Source: an uncultured Nitrospirota bacterium
GTDB lineage: Bacteria > Nitrospinota > Nitrospinia > CAJXCL01
DNA: 64,000 nucleotides
NCBI GenBank assembly: GCA_913051775.1
Contig: CAJXCL010000002.1
Span: 18,307-82,306 of the forward strand
Direction: 5' to 3'
This document shows, piece after piece, positions 1-10,312 of this stretch. How positions within the stretch are numbered: position 1 is the first letter of the stretch; each line of letters begins with the position of its first letter. The notes beneath the pieces are model-generated. The model did not search any database. It had not been told where the DNA came from and saw only the letters and a program-made list of their open reading frames with translations. The position numbers were made by a program, and so were the translations under genes.

Positions 1-11
1 GAGCCCTTGAA

Positions 12-2753
12 GTGACCGAGAAAACAGAGAAAGGTGCTTCTCAAGCAGAAGAAATCAAAGAGCAAAAGGAGCAAAAAATTGGTGAAACTCTGGATTCCAT
101 TTCTGAGGCTATTTCAAATATTGCCGAGAAATCTAAAGAAGTTAAGAAAGACAGACAAATTAAAAAACATGTTAAAAAAGAAACCATAACAAGTGATTTT
201 GAACACGTAACAATGGAGTCGAAAGTTCTATCTCTTGCACGAAAAAAACCGAGAAAAATACCACACCCCCGGGTACCAAAAAATATTCAAATTGAAAAAG
301 ATGTTACTTTAAACTTTGAATCGACTGACGTTAAAGATATTATTATCACATTTTGTGATCTATTAAAAATCGATTACATTATAGACCCCGGCATATCCGG
401 TAAAATAACATTACAAACTTTTAAAAAAGCCAAAGTTAAAGATTTATTTAAGATTTTAGAAAAGATACTAATATTGAATAATTTAACAGTGATAAAAACA
501 GGAAAATTTTATCGCTTCATGCCGGTTGAGTCAGCCAAAAAAGAATCGCTAAATATCTTTTTCGGAAAAGATAGCGCCCTTGTTCCATCACGGGACAGAT
601 TAATTATTCAGATAATACCTTTAAAAAACATTTCCACAAGTTCAGTGAAAAGTATTATTGGCCCTTTATTGTCCAAGAATGCCAGCTTTTTAGATATTCC
701 TGAAACCAATAACCTGGTGATTATCGACACTGCCAGTAATATTAAACAGTTGTTAGGTATTATTGAGATAATAGATATAGAAGCTGCTGAAAGTTTGCAG
801 GTAAAGCTTTTCCCTATCAAACATTCTGATGTGAACGAATTCGCAGCAGATATAAAAGAAATTTTTAATGCAATGGGCTATGCCTCAGCGGGACCATCCG
901 GAGATAAACCCAAAGTTGTACCCGGAACTAAACCTGCACCCAAAGCCAAACGTAAAGTTGCACCCAGAGCTAAACCCGGGGCTTCAACCAAGAGTAAACC
1001 CATTGATAGCTTCTCTGTAATAAATTTTCTTCCTATTAAAAAAATAAACTCCTTGTTAGTTATAAATCCGTTTCCAGATATTCTTCCAGACATCAAGTTC
1101 TGGATATCGAAATTAGATAGACCTTTTAAGCTTTTTATAGGAAAGGACAGTACCCTTGTTCCTGATACAAATGAGCAAATTTTACAAATAATACCTTTAA
1201 GTTTCGTTACACCGGGTTCCCTGAAAGATATTATTACCCCTATGATGACCAAGGAGGGAAGTTTATTATCAACTCCTGATCAAAACGGTCTGATTATTAT
1301 TGACTTTGTTAATAATATTAAGTGGATTTTAGAAATCATTAATGTATTAGATATAAACACGCTGGATAAGATACAGGTGAGGCTAATCCTTGTGGAACAT
1401 ACTGATGTGTTCGAAATAGCAAACATATTAACTGAAGTGTTTGATTCATTAGGTTACAAGGCTCAAGACTCGGGCTCTAGTTTGAAATTTGTTCCTGTTG
1501 AAAGATTAAATGCTTTAATAATAATCAATCCTTTTTTAGAACTTCTTCCTAATATCGAGTCCTGGGTTTCAAGATTAGATGCTCCTAGCATGGAGGGCCT
1601 GGAAGAAAAAACTTTTATTTATTACGTTCAAAATACAAAAGCTAGTGACCTGGCGTCGCTTTTATCTACATTATATCAACCAGACCCCTTGACAAGCAGT
1701 AAAGAAGAAATGGACAAAAGGTTTAGAGTAAGCAAAAAAGAGCCTCGAAAAGAAAAAAAAGTAAAAAGCAAAACTAAACCTAAGCCCAAAAAACCGTCAA
1801 TTAGAGTCAAAACCGTTCAGTCAGAAGAAGTCACCGGTAATATTCTTTTTGTCGCAGACTCGTTTACCAACGCAGTTATAATCAAAACCCTTCCCAGGAA
1901 TTATCCTGCAATATTGAAAACTATTGAGCTACTTGATTTAATGCCTTTGCAGGTGATGATTGAAGTGCTGGTATTAGAATTGACTATAGATGACCAAACA
2001 AGGGCAGGGATTGACTGGGCATTTAAAAACGGAGATCTTGCTGTGGGTTCTGCAGCGTCTCAATCTGTTTCCGTTGGAGCAGCTTTAGGGGAATCTGCAA
2101 CAACTATCCTGAGCCAAGGGTTTTCTATCGTTTCGCAAACGAAAAATTTTACCGCTTTGCTCCAGGCATTTGCTGAAGACTCTAAACTAAATGTATTATC
2201 AAATCCAGTTCTTATAACTTCTGAGAACAAACCTGCTTCGATCGACATTGTCAATGATGTTCCGATAGAGAGTTCAACTATCACCACACCCACTGCAGGA
2301 CAACCTTTGACTGAAACAACTGTTCAGTATAGAAGTGTTGGCATTAAGCTAAATATTACTCCTCGTATCAATAAAAACCGTTTTGTTTCGTTAAAAATCA
2401 GTCAGGAATCCAGTAGTGTTAACGAAGCTGCTGTATTCACTCAACCCGCTTTTTCCACACGCAGCACGAATACTAATATAGTTGTTAAAGATAAACAAAC
2501 TCTGGTTATCGGAGGGTTAATGGAAACAACAAAAAGCCATTCTAATGTCGGAGTTCCTATTTTAAAAGATATACCTGTGCTGGGTCGCCTTTTTAAAGCA
2601 AAAGCGGATAGACTGCGTAAATCAGAATTAATAATTTTTATAACTCCTCATGTGATTGCTGATGTTTCCGAAGCTAATCAAGCTACAAAAAGCTTCAGAT
2701 CGAAATTATTAAATATAAAGAAGGACTTTAAATTACAAAAAATAAAAAATTAA
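12..2753 (+). CDS. gspD: Type II secretion system secretin (GspD/PulD family), 5' end probably outside the window; duplicated N1-N2 module
   Basis: N0 motif VTLNFESTDVKDII..IIDPGISGKIT; repeated secretin-N modules; core motifs QVMIEVLVLE, LVIGGLM, GVPILKDIPVLGRLF, ELIIFITPHVI. The frame is open back to base 3 and no signal peptide is visible. Confidence 0.9.
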   Translation: MTEKTEKGASQAEEIKEQKEQKIGETLDSISEAISNIAEKSKEVKKDRQIKKHVKKETITSDFEHVTMESKVLSLARKKPRKIPHPRVPKNIQIEKDVTLNFESTDVKDIIITFCDLLKIDYIIDPGISGKITLQTFKKAKVKDLFKILEKILILNNLTVIKTGKFYRFMPVESAKKESLNIFFGKDSALVPSRDRLIIQIIPLKNISTSSVKSIIGPLLSKNASFLDIPETNNLVIIDTASNIKQLLGIIEIIDIEAAESLQVKLFPIKHSDVNEFAADIKEIFNAMGYASAGPSGDKPKVVPGTKPAPKAKRKVAPRAKPGASTKSKPIDSFSVINFLPIKKINSLLVINPFPDILPDIKFWISKLDRPFKLFIGKDSTLVPDTNEQILQIIPLSFVTPGSLKDIITPMMTKEGSLLSTPDQNGLIIIDFVNNIKWILEIINVLDINTLDKIQVRLILVEHTDVFEIANILTEVFDSLGYKAQDSGSSLKFVPVERLNALIIINPFLELLPNIESWVSRLDAPSMEGLEEKTFIYYVQNTKASDLASLLSTLYQPDPLTSSKEEMDKRFRVSKKEPRKEKKVKSKTKPKPKKPSIRVKTVQSEEVTGNILFVADSFTNAVIIKTLPRNYPAILKTIELLDLMPLQVMIEVLVLELTIDDQTRAGIDWAFKNGDLAVGSAASQSVSVGAALGESATTILSQGFSIVSQTKNFTALLQAFAEDSKLNVLSNPVLITSENKPASIDIVNDVPIESSTITTPTAGQPLTETTVQYRSVGIKLNITPRINKNRFVSLKISQESSSVNEAAVFTQPAFSTRSTNTNIVVKDKQTLVIGGLMETTKSHSNVGVPILKDIPVLGRLFKAKADRLRKSELIIFITPHVIADVSEANQATKSFRSKLLNIKKDFKLQKIKN

Positions 2754-2893
2754 ATTACAATAAAACTCCTGCATGCCTGTACATCATAACCGCAACCAAA
2801 AATGGATTATGCCCCCTTAAATTTCCCCCTTGAAGGTCTAAGGTGGGTATAAACTTCTTCAAAAAAAAGATTCTCAGAGTATAATAGTATATA

Positions 2894-4420
2894 GTGAAAA
2901 AAGATAGAATCGTTATATTTGACACTACCTTAAGAGATGGAGAACAATGTCCCGGAGCCAGTTTAAACACCGGCGAAAAGTTGGAGATTGCACGTCAGCT
3001 TGCGCTTTTAAAAGTTGACGTTATTGAAGCCGGGTTTCCAATTGCCTCACCCGGAGATTTTGAAGCAGTAAGCACTATCGCAAGGGAAGTCAAGGGTTCT
3101 ACTATTGCTGGATTGGCGCGCGCGCTTAAGAAAGATATTGATGCTGCCGCTAAAGCCATCGAAAAAGCCAGAAAACCTCGCATCCATGTCTTTTTAGCTA
3201 CCTCTAAAATCCACAGAGAATTTAAGCTCAAAAAAGCAAAACAGGAGATTCTCAAGCAGGCTATTCAATCGGTAAAATACGCAAAGAAATTTGCCGACGA
3301 TATTGAATTTTCTCCAGAAGATGCCTCCAGAACGGAACAGGAGTTTCTCAATGAGGTGGTGGAAGCTGTTATTGACTCAGGAGCTAACACGGTAAATATC
3401 CCCGATACAGTAGGTTATGCCCTTCCCGGTCCTTTTGGCGAGCTTATTAAAAACATTGTCGATAACGTACCAAATATAAAAAAAGCAATAATAAGCGTCC
3501 ACTGTCACAATGATCTTGGTCTCGCTGTGGCGAATTCCTTGTCTGCGGTTAAAGCCGGAGCGCGCCAGGTAGAGTGTACAATCAATGGGCTCGGGGAAAG
3601 AGCAGGAAATGCTGCTATGGAAGAACTGGTCATGGGCCTTAAAACCAGGAAAGAATATTTTGGTGTAAAAACACAAATCGAGACAAAGCGCTTTGTCGGC
3701 ATCAGTAAGCTGACGGCCAATTTGACCGGACTGCACGTGCAGCGAAATAAAGCGATTGTCGGCGCAAACGCTTTTGCCCATGAAGCCGGTATTCATCAGC
3801 ATGGTATTTTATCTAAAAGAAACACTTATGAAATTATGAACCCTAAAGACGTGGGGTGGGAGAAATCCAACCTCGTGATGGGTAAACATTCCGGACGACA
3901 TGCTTTTTTATCACGGGTGAAAGAAATGGGATTTAAATTGTCAAAAGAAAAACTAAACACTGCCTTTGAACGATTTAAAATTCTTGCTGATGAAAAAAAA
4001 GAAATTTATGATGAAGACTTACTCGCAATCATAGAAGACCAGTTAGGCAAAGAAGAAATCCAATACTTCTCCCTTGAAAAATTCAAGATACTGGTAGATA
4101 CAGAGACCACACCAGAAGCGAATGTTACTTTAAAGTTTTATGATGGAAAAATCAAAAGCTCCAGAGCTTCCGGTGACGGGCCGGTGGATGCTACTTTAAA
4201 CGCCATTGATAAAATTACAAAGCTGAGGTGCCGTTTGTCCGATTATGAAATCCGCGCTGTAACAAAGGGAAGGGACGCGTTAGGAGAAGTGAGCCTCCAG
4301 GTAGAGTATAAAAAGCAAAAGGTACGAGGAAAGGCTGCAGGAACGAATATTATAGAGGCAAGCGCACGTGCTTATATCAGCGCGGTCAACCACCTCGTCA
4401 AAAAACAGCAGGAAGCATAA
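2894..4420 (+). CDS. leuA: 2-isopropylmalate synthase
   Basis: IFDTTLRDGEQ, HCHNDLGLAVAN, GLGERAGNA, HEAGIHQHG and a C-terminal regulatory domain (GDGPVDA). Confidence 0.96.
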   Translation: MKKDRIVIFDTTLRDGEQCPGASLNTGEKLEIARQLALLKVDVIEAGFPIASPGDFEAVSTIAREVKGSTIAGLARALKKDIDAAAKAIEKARKPRIHVFLATSKIHREFKLKKAKQEILKQAIQSVKYAKKFADDIEFSPEDASRTEQEFLNEVVEAVIDSGANTVNIPDTVGYALPGPFGELIKNIVDNVPNIKKAIISVHCHNDLGLAVANSLSAVKAGARQVECTINGLGERAGNAAMEELVMGLKTRKEYFGVKTQIETKRFVGISKLTANLTGLHVQRNKAIVGANAFAHEAGIHQHGILSKRNTYEIMNPKDVGWEKSNLVMGKHSGRHAFLSRVKEMGFKLSKEKLNTAFERFKILADEKKEIYDEDLLAIIEDQLGKEEIQYFSLEKFKILVDTETTPEANVTLKFYDGKIKSSRASGDGPVDATLNAIDKITKLRCRLSDYEIRAVTKGRDALGEVSLQVEYKKQKVRGKAAGTNIIEASARAYISAVNHLVKKQQEA

Positions 4421-4644
4421 ACGTGCTTTAGAAACTGTACCTACCCAAAAGGTAATCTATTTGGACTGTTGCTATTCTTTTCTCTTTAATTTTTTCAACC
4501 AGTATATCAGATAAGACATAGAACCTCTGCACTGCAAACTTGTAAAATTGTGTTTCCACATTTGGATACCCGACGTGGTGTCCCATTTTAGCAAAGCTGA
4601 GTTTAGCTCTGTACAATTTTTATTAGTAAACTGGCGGCAGCTGT

Positions 4645-4764
4645 ATTTGATTTCGGCAGAGCTTAGCTCAAAGCCAAGCTTAGCTTCGTAGCTCTGCCAT
4701 CCTCGGCCTCAATCCTTCGGGTGGCTTTCCTGCAAAATTGCGGTTGTGGTCCTGCCACTCTGCG
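4645..4764 (+). repeat. Multi-hairpin dispersed repeat, copy A (internally deleted)
   Basis: ATTTGATTTCGGC...GGCCTCAATCCTTCGGGTGGC...GTTGTGGTCCTGCCAC; homologous to copies at about 10.2, 27.3, 36.1 and 41.0 kb. Confidence 0.8.
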
Positions 4765-4889
4765 ATATCAGCGCTCTTTGCGGTGGTTAATATCGACTCT
4801 TTTATCAAATCTTCCAAAGGCTTTCTCTCCGGATTTATGATAAAATTTAATCAGATTACCATCTTTTATTGTTCAGCCGGGAACATGCC

Positions 4890-6404
4890 ATGACTGAAAA
4901 ATTTCAATATGGTCTGGATCAACTGACCATCACTAAAGCGCTTCAAATTGCAAGGGATGAACTGCAGGGAATTCTAACAGATAAAGCCATATCCAATGTA
5001 TCCAAAAGTTATGATGCGGTTCAAAAAATCGCTGAAGGAGAAAAACTTGTCTATGGCATCAATACCGGACTTGGGTCTTTATGTACCAGGAAAATTTCTA
5101 AAAAAGATATCAGAACACTCCAGGAAAACCTGTTAAAAAGTCATAGTGTCGGGGTGGGAGAACCTGTTGCAAATGAACTCGCAAAACTAATGCTGATCCT
5201 GAAAGTTCATACTCTCTGCTTTGGCTATTCAGGAATTTCTCTGAAAGTCGTCGAAAGAATCTGCTGGCATCTTGAACACAACTGTATCCCTCCGGTTCCC
5301 GCCCAGGGTTCCGTTGGGGCTTCAGGTGACCTGGCTCCTTTAGCCCACCTTTTTCTCCCTTTGATTGGCTTAGGTATGCTCTCTGAAGACAGCAAAAGCT
5401 ATCGTCCCACTTCTGATGTTTTGAAAATGCATCAACTTTCACCTTTAAAACTGGGACCCAAGGAGGGGGTTGCTTTAATTAATGGAACCCAGTTTATTTC
5501 GGCACATGCGATTGCAGTTTCCGAAAAGTTTGCTCGTTGCCTGGATTATTCGGACCTTATTGGAGCACTCAGCCTGGAAGCCATGCTGGAATCTCATCAA
5601 CCCTTTGCTGAAAAACTCCATCAGCTTCGGCCTCACCCCGGAGCACTAACCGTTGCCAAACGAATGAGAACCATCCTAAAAGGATCTCAGGTTGTTAAAT
5701 CACATGAACATTGCGGACGGGTTCAAGACCCATATTCGGTTCGGTGCATCCCCCAGGTGCATGGCGCCTCCAGGGACACTCTTCATCATCTTAATAAAAA
5801 ACTGGTGTGTGAACTTAACTCTGTTACCGATAATCCTGTTATCTTCAATGCTGAAGATACGATAAGTGGTGGAAATTTTCATGGTCAGCCTCTTGCCATG
5901 CCGTTGGACTACGCCAGCTTGGCAGCTTCAGAACTGGGCAGTATTTCCGAACGACGCACCTACCTTCTTCTTGGGGGAGATGCGGGTCTTCCAACATATC
6001 TGATAAAAGAGTCCGGGCTCAATTCAGGTTTTATGATTACCCAATACTGTGCTGCCGCCCTGGTCAGTGAAAATAAATCGAACTGTTTTCCAGCTAGTGC
6101 GGACAGTATTCCAACATCTATGGGGCAGGAGGATCACGTAAGCATGGGATCGATCAGTGGACGAAAAGCCCTGACCATTGTGAAGAACCTGGAGAAAATT
6201 CTTGCGATTGAACTATTATGCTCAGCTCAAGCTTTTGATTTTAGAAGACCGGTTCAATCCAGTGAAATCCTTGAAAGGTTTCACTCTTCAATCCGAAAAA
6301 AAATACCTCATTTAAAAGAAGATACAGTAATGTCCGACTATATTGAAACGGCAACGAAATTCATTTCAAATGATGATTTGCTGAAAGCAACTATGAAGAC
6401 TTGA
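4890..6404 (+). CDS. hutH: Histidine ammonia-lyase
   Basis: VYGINTGLG, LLKSH (Ser-His specificity pair of HAL), MIO motif GSVGASGDLAPL, RVQDPYSVRC, GGNFHGQP, QEDHVSMG. ATG at 4890 preferred to TTG at 4869. Confidence 0.93.
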   Translation: MTEKFQYGLDQLTITKALQIARDELQGILTDKAISNVSKSYDAVQKIAEGEKLVYGINTGLGSLCTRKISKKDIRTLQENLLKSHSVGVGEPVANELAKLMLILKVHTLCFGYSGISLKVVERICWHLEHNCIPPVPAQGSVGASGDLAPLAHLFLPLIGLGMLSEDSKSYRPTSDVLKMHQLSPLKLGPKEGVALINGTQFISAHAIAVSEKFARCLDYSDLIGALSLEAMLESHQPFAEKLHQLRPHPGALTVAKRMRTILKGSQVVKSHEHCGRVQDPYSVRCIPQVHGASRDTLHHLNKKLVCELNSVTDNPVIFNAEDTISGGNFHGQPLAMPLDYASLAASELGSISERRTYLLLGGDAGLPTYLIKESGLNSGFMITQYCAAALVSENKSNCFPASADSIPTSMGQEDHVSMGSISGRKALTIVKNLEKILAIELLCSAQAFDFRRPVQSSEILERFHSSIRKKIPHLKEDTVMSDYIETATKFISNDDLLKATMKT

Positions 6405-6545
6405 ATTCGCTGATTTTTACGGACAAACATAATTTTATCCGCTATAATCCACATCGTCCGTAAGATCTGTGTTATATCTTTTGGTTTGTAGGAGTAGTTG
6501 AGTTTCCTATTTTTTTCTGACATATGCTATCCTTAGTTTAAAAAC

Positions 6546-7562
6546 ATGAACACTGCAAAACAAAATTATCAAATCATCAAGGAGTTGGAATCTAAAGCGA
6601 TAGAAAACCGACCGCTTGATAATGCAGAAGCTGTTTTTCTGTCCAACTTGAATGACCAGGATACTTTTGACTTAATTGCTTCTGCTAACCGAATCAGGGA
6701 AAAATTTAAAGGGAATAAAATCAGTCTTTGTTCCATTGTAAACGCAAAGTCAGGAAGGTGTCCGGAAGACTGTGTATTTTGTTCCCAATCTATCCATTTT
6801 AAAACAAACATTGATGAATACCCTTTGATAAAAAGTGAAGAGATGCTTCAAAAGGCTGAAGAAGCCTTAAGCCATGGAGCTCAGAAGTTTGGTATAGTTA
6901 CAAGCGGCAGGAGACTTAGCACAGAGCAGGAATTAAATGAAATCTGCAAAACCATTAAGAAACTTAAAGAAGAAGGTAAAATCCACCGTTGCGCTTCACT
7001 CGGAATATTAGGCCGTGACGAATTAATAAAACTAAAAGAAGCGGGTCTTGAAGAGTATCATCATAATCTCGAAACTGCCCGTAGTTATTTTCCGAAAATT
7101 TGTACAACACATGACTATGAAGAAGATGTTGAGACAGTAAAAATAGCAAAATCTATTGGCCTGAGATCCTGCTGCGGGGGGATTTTCGGCTTAGGCGAAC
7201 ATCCTGAGCAGCGAATTGAATTAGCTTTTACATTAAAAGAATTAGACGTCGATTCTGTACCGATAAATTTTTTGCATCCCATTAAGGGAACCGGGGCAGA
7301 AAACCTTCCTCCATTAAAGCCACTTGAGATTCTAAAGATCATTGCCATTTATCGTTTTCTACTCCCTGCAAAGGACATAAAAATTGCGGGGGGAAGAGAA
7401 CACAACCTGAGAGATTTCCAATCAATGATATTCGCCGCCGGAGCAAATTCCACCATGGTAGGGAATTACCTGACCACCAAAGGCAGGGATTTTCAAGACG
7501 ATTTACAGATGATCAAAGACATGGGCTTAGAGCCGGTCTCCAATGGATTTAATATCCCTTAA
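6546..7562 (+). CDS. bioB: Biotin synthase
   Basis: NAKSGRCPEDCVFCSQS radical SAM motif, HHNLET, CCGGIFGLGE, SVPINFL, GNYLTT. Confidence 0.96.
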   Translation: MNTAKQNYQIIKELESKAIENRPLDNAEAVFLSNLNDQDTFDLIASANRIREKFKGNKISLCSIVNAKSGRCPEDCVFCSQSIHFKTNIDEYPLIKSEEMLQKAEEALSHGAQKFGIVTSGRRLSTEQELNEICKTIKKLKEEGKIHRCASLGILGRDELIKLKEAGLEEYHHNLETARSYFPKICTTHDYEEDVETVKIAKSIGLRSCCGGIFGLGEHPEQRIELAFTLKELDVDSVPINFLHPIKGTGAENLPPLKPLEILKIIAIYRFLLPAKDIKIAGGREHNLRDFQSMIFAAGANSTMVGNYLTTKGRDFQDDLQMIKDMGLEPVSNGFNIP

Positions 7563-7865
7563 AGGCCCCTCAGACATTAGAGTGGCTCCGAAGGTGTAAT
7601 ACTGACTGCTGAAAGCTGAGTACTGATCGTTGAGGTATGTTATTCTCCCTGGTCTTACCTGCCTGTGTTAATTCGTACCCCTAGGTTGCAGAATTGCAAA
7701 ATAGCACCCTAAAAGAGAGATAGAAAAGAGTAAAAAAAGAAAAGGAGGAGTGCGTTTAAAAAAAATTTTAGAGGTCAAAAAAAATACCGTGAATTTTAAA
7801 AACTGATCTCCAATCCTCACAGGAATAGAATTTTTAAAATTCTATATCGGGATTTGGGTTTAAAA

Positions 7866-7900
7866 TTGACATTGATATTTCGATATGATTAAATTATAAC
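7866..7900 (+). promoter_or_regulatory. Putative sigma70 promoter of the atp operon
   Basis: TTGACA (7866-71), 17 nt, TTAAAT preceded by TGn; alternatively TTGATA, 17 nt, TATAAC; about 50 nt upstream of atpZ. Confidence 0.45.
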
Positions 7901-7950
7901 TTTTTATGTTTAAAAAAGTTTGCTTTTTTTCGGCTTAATAGCCCTATATA

Positions 7951-8196
7951 ATGGTATTCAAAAAATATGGCTCTGATTCTATAAAGATGCTGCGAGATTT
8001 TGCTTCTGTCGGCAGTTTCGGTTTTCTTATGGCAGGGGCTATTCTTTTTGGATATTTTGCCGGAAATTTTTTAGATGATTATTTTGGCACTTCCCCTATA
8101 TTTCTTATCCTTTTTCTTGTTTTAGGCATTGTTGGCGGGTTTATGGAATATCTAAAGATTATAAAAAAAGTAATAAAAGATAAAAACAAAACATGA
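7951..8196 (+). CDS. atpZ: ATP synthase accessory protein AtpZ (ATPase gene 1 family)
   Basis: Two transmembrane helices with GYFAGNFLDDYFGTSP; first gene of the atp operon. Confidence 0.82.
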   Translation: MVFKKYGSDSIKMLRDFASVGSFGFLMAGAILFGYFAGNFLDDYFGTSPIFLILFLVLGIVGGFMEYLKIIKKVIKDKNKT

Positions 8197-8672
8197 TACC
8201 TATAAAAAAAATGAACATTTTAAAAATTGATGAAGGATTACCACGAAGGGTTCTTCATACATCTTTAATAGTGGCCGCCCTCGTTCTCTTAATTTCTATT
8301 TCAAACTGGTCTTTTGACGTCACTCTCGGGCTCGCTGTTGGAATGGGGATAAGTACTGTTTTTTTTATGATTTTGTGCAACAGCGTGAAATCCCTTGCGA
8401 TAATTGAAAAAAACAAAAGAATGCCCTTTTTTGTGATCGTTGCCATTTTGAAATTTATTGTTTTGAGCATAGCGCTATTTCTTGTTTTTGAGCATCTGTC
8501 TATTAGTTATCTCGCTCTCTTAATTGGGATTGGGTTAGCGCAGTCTATTGTTTTTTTGAAATTAATAGGAATGGGATTGGTTAATTTTATGAACAGAACG
8601 AACCAAATCGAAAACAAAGAAATTTCAAATACCAAGCTCCAAGTGACAAATAAAAAACAATATTCAATATAA
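8193..8672 (+). CDS. atpI: ATP synthase protein I (4-TM accessory subunit)
   Basis: Four hydrophobic segments; lies between atpZ and atpB; polar C-terminal tail. Confidence 0.72.
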   Translation: MIPIKKMNILKIDEGLPRRVLHTSLIVAALVLLISISNWSFDVTLGLAVGMGISTVFFMILCNSVKSLAIIEKNKRMPFFVIVAILKFIVLSIALFLVFEHLSISYLALLIGIGLAQSIVFLKLIGMGLVNFMNRTNQIENKEISNTKLQVTNKKQYSI

Positions 8673-8684
8673 AAATTTAAACAA

Positions 8685-8763
8685 CCCTTCGACAAAGACT
8701 GTCCTGAGTTTATCGAAGGGATCAGGGTGACAGAGACTGTCATGGTGAGCCTGTCGAACCATG
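8685..8763. repeat. REP-like composite palindrome
   Basis: CCCTTCGA..TCGAAGGG, TGACAG..CTGTCA and CATGGT..ACCATG hairpins in the atpI-atpB spacer. Confidence 0.7.
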
Positions 8764-8805
8764 AATTTGTAATTTGTTTTTTTCATTACTTTTTAGAGAT
8801 ATTTT

Positions 8806-9561
8806 ATGGCAGTGGAACACGAAGCGGTAAATAAAGCAACAAAAACCAGCTTAGAGCTTCCTTCTTTCATGGATTTACTGGGGGACCTGCACCATGAAGT
8901 TTTTGGGATTTCCCTGCATCACTGGGTTCCTATTATTATGTCTTTGATAGTAGCGTCAATATTAGTGGCTGTCACGTATTACACTACTAAGGATTTAAAG
9001 AAAATTCCTCAAGGGATGCAGGCTTTCCTCGAAGTTGTTATAGAAGGAATGCAGGGTTTTTTTGGGGATATATTGGGATCCGGCGCTTCTGTTTTTTTAC
9101 CGTTTGTCGGCAGTCTTTTTATTTATATATATCTAATGAACATAATGGGCTTTATACCGTTCTTTCATGCCCCTACCAGCAGCCCAAATACAACAATTGC
9201 TCTCGCGGTGATTGTTTTTTTTATTACCCATTATGTTGGAATAACCAGAAATGGAGTTGTTGGATATCTAAAACATTTTGTGGGAGAACCTATATGGATG
9301 GCGCCCCTTCTTTTTCCCATTCATATTATAGGGGAATTAGCGCGGCCGCTTTCTCTTTCCATGAGACTTTTTGGGAATATTATGGGAGAAGATACAGCCA
9401 TTGCTATCTTAGTAGGGCTGGGAGTTTCATTATATTTTATACCTATCCAGTTTCCGATATTGCTGCTGGGCCTCTTGACAACTCTAATTCAGGCAGTAGT
9501 GTTTACAGTTCTGTCCAGCGTCTATATAGGAGGTGCTGTCGGTCATCATGATGAACATTAA
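8806..9561 (+). CDS. atpB: ATP synthase F0 subunit a
   Basis: IPQGMQAFLE, PTSSPNTT, ARPLSLSMRLFGN (essential Arg), IQAVVFTVLS. Confidence 0.97.
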   Translation: MAVEHEAVNKATKTSLELPSFMDLLGDLHHEVFGISLHHWVPIIMSLIVASILVAVTYYTTKDLKKIPQGMQAFLEVVIEGMQGFFGDILGSGASVFLPFVGSLFIYIYLMNIMGFIPFFHAPTSSPNTTIALAVIVFFITHYVGITRNGVVGYLKHFVGEPIWMAPLLFPIHIIGELARPLSLSMRLFGNIMGEDTAIAILVGLGVSLYFIPIQFPILLLGLLTTLIQAVVFTVLSSVYIGGAVGHHDEH

Positions 9562-9648
9562 ATCATTTGTCAAAGGTGAAGGGGAAAAAAGATTATTGTA
9601 GGAACTATTAACCAACAACTAAATAACTAATAAAAAGGAGGTGTTACT

Positions 9649-9912
9649 ATGCTTTATTTTGCTCTATTAGCCATTGCAACTTCTGTGGGGTTGGGAATTG
9701 CCGCTTTCGGGTGTGGAATAGGAGCGGGAAACGCAATTTCAGGCGCCCTGGCAGGTATGGCAAGGCAGCCGGAATTAACCGGTAAACTTCAGGTTACTAT
9801 GATTATAGGTCTGGCAATTATTGAATCGCTGACTATTTATTGCCTGGTTATTGCTTTCATGCTTTTCGCAAAACTACCGGCAACAGATCAGATGTTGGGT
9901 TTAATAAAATAA
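9649..9912 (+). CDS. atpE: ATP synthase F0 subunit c
   Basis: GxGxGxG helix, ARQPE loop, ESLTIY ion-binding site; AAGGAGG ribosome-binding site. Confidence 0.97.
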   Translation: MLYFALLAIATSVGLGIAAFGCGIGAGNAISGALAGMARQPELTGKLQVTMIIGLAIIESLTIYCLVIAFMLFAKLPATDQMLGLIK

Positions 9913-10169
9913 TTGGGAAAGCTTTCAGCCAAAACAGGGTAGAGACAGTGGCAGACGTTAGATGGCAAGTGTTAGTTTTTTTCTAATCCTTGAAACTATC
10001 AGTTTTTTTAACTTTGTTGTTTAGCGGCCTGAACTTTCACGACCATACAAGAAGTTATACTATTACACTGCAAAACTCGCTTTTTTTAGGCGCTGTTAGT
10101 TCTTGTTTTTTGCAGCACCTTATGCAAAACTTGAAAGTTTTTTCTCTTCTAAACCGGGGCGAAAGCCCT

Positions 10170-10299
10170 ATTTGATTATCGGCAAAGCTGAGATTAGCTC
10201 TGCCAGCAGTGGCCTCAACCCTTTGGGTGGCTTTCCTTGGGGAACCGTCCAATTCGGTTTTCCTTACCGAATTGTGGATACGGCAGCTTGCCTCTTTAT
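10170..10299 (+). repeat. Multi-hairpin dispersed repeat, copy B (atpE-atpF spacer)
   Basis: ATTTGATTATCGGC..GGCCTCAACCCTTTGGGTGG..CCGTCCAATTCGGT..ACCGAATTGTGG. Confidence 0.85.
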
Positions 10300-10312
10300 G
10301 GAGTAAGATCAA

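Noticed and set aside
9990-10312. Small ORFs between atpE and atpF as a possible b' subunit
   Set aside because: No transmembrane plus coiled-coil pattern; they overlap repeat copy B.
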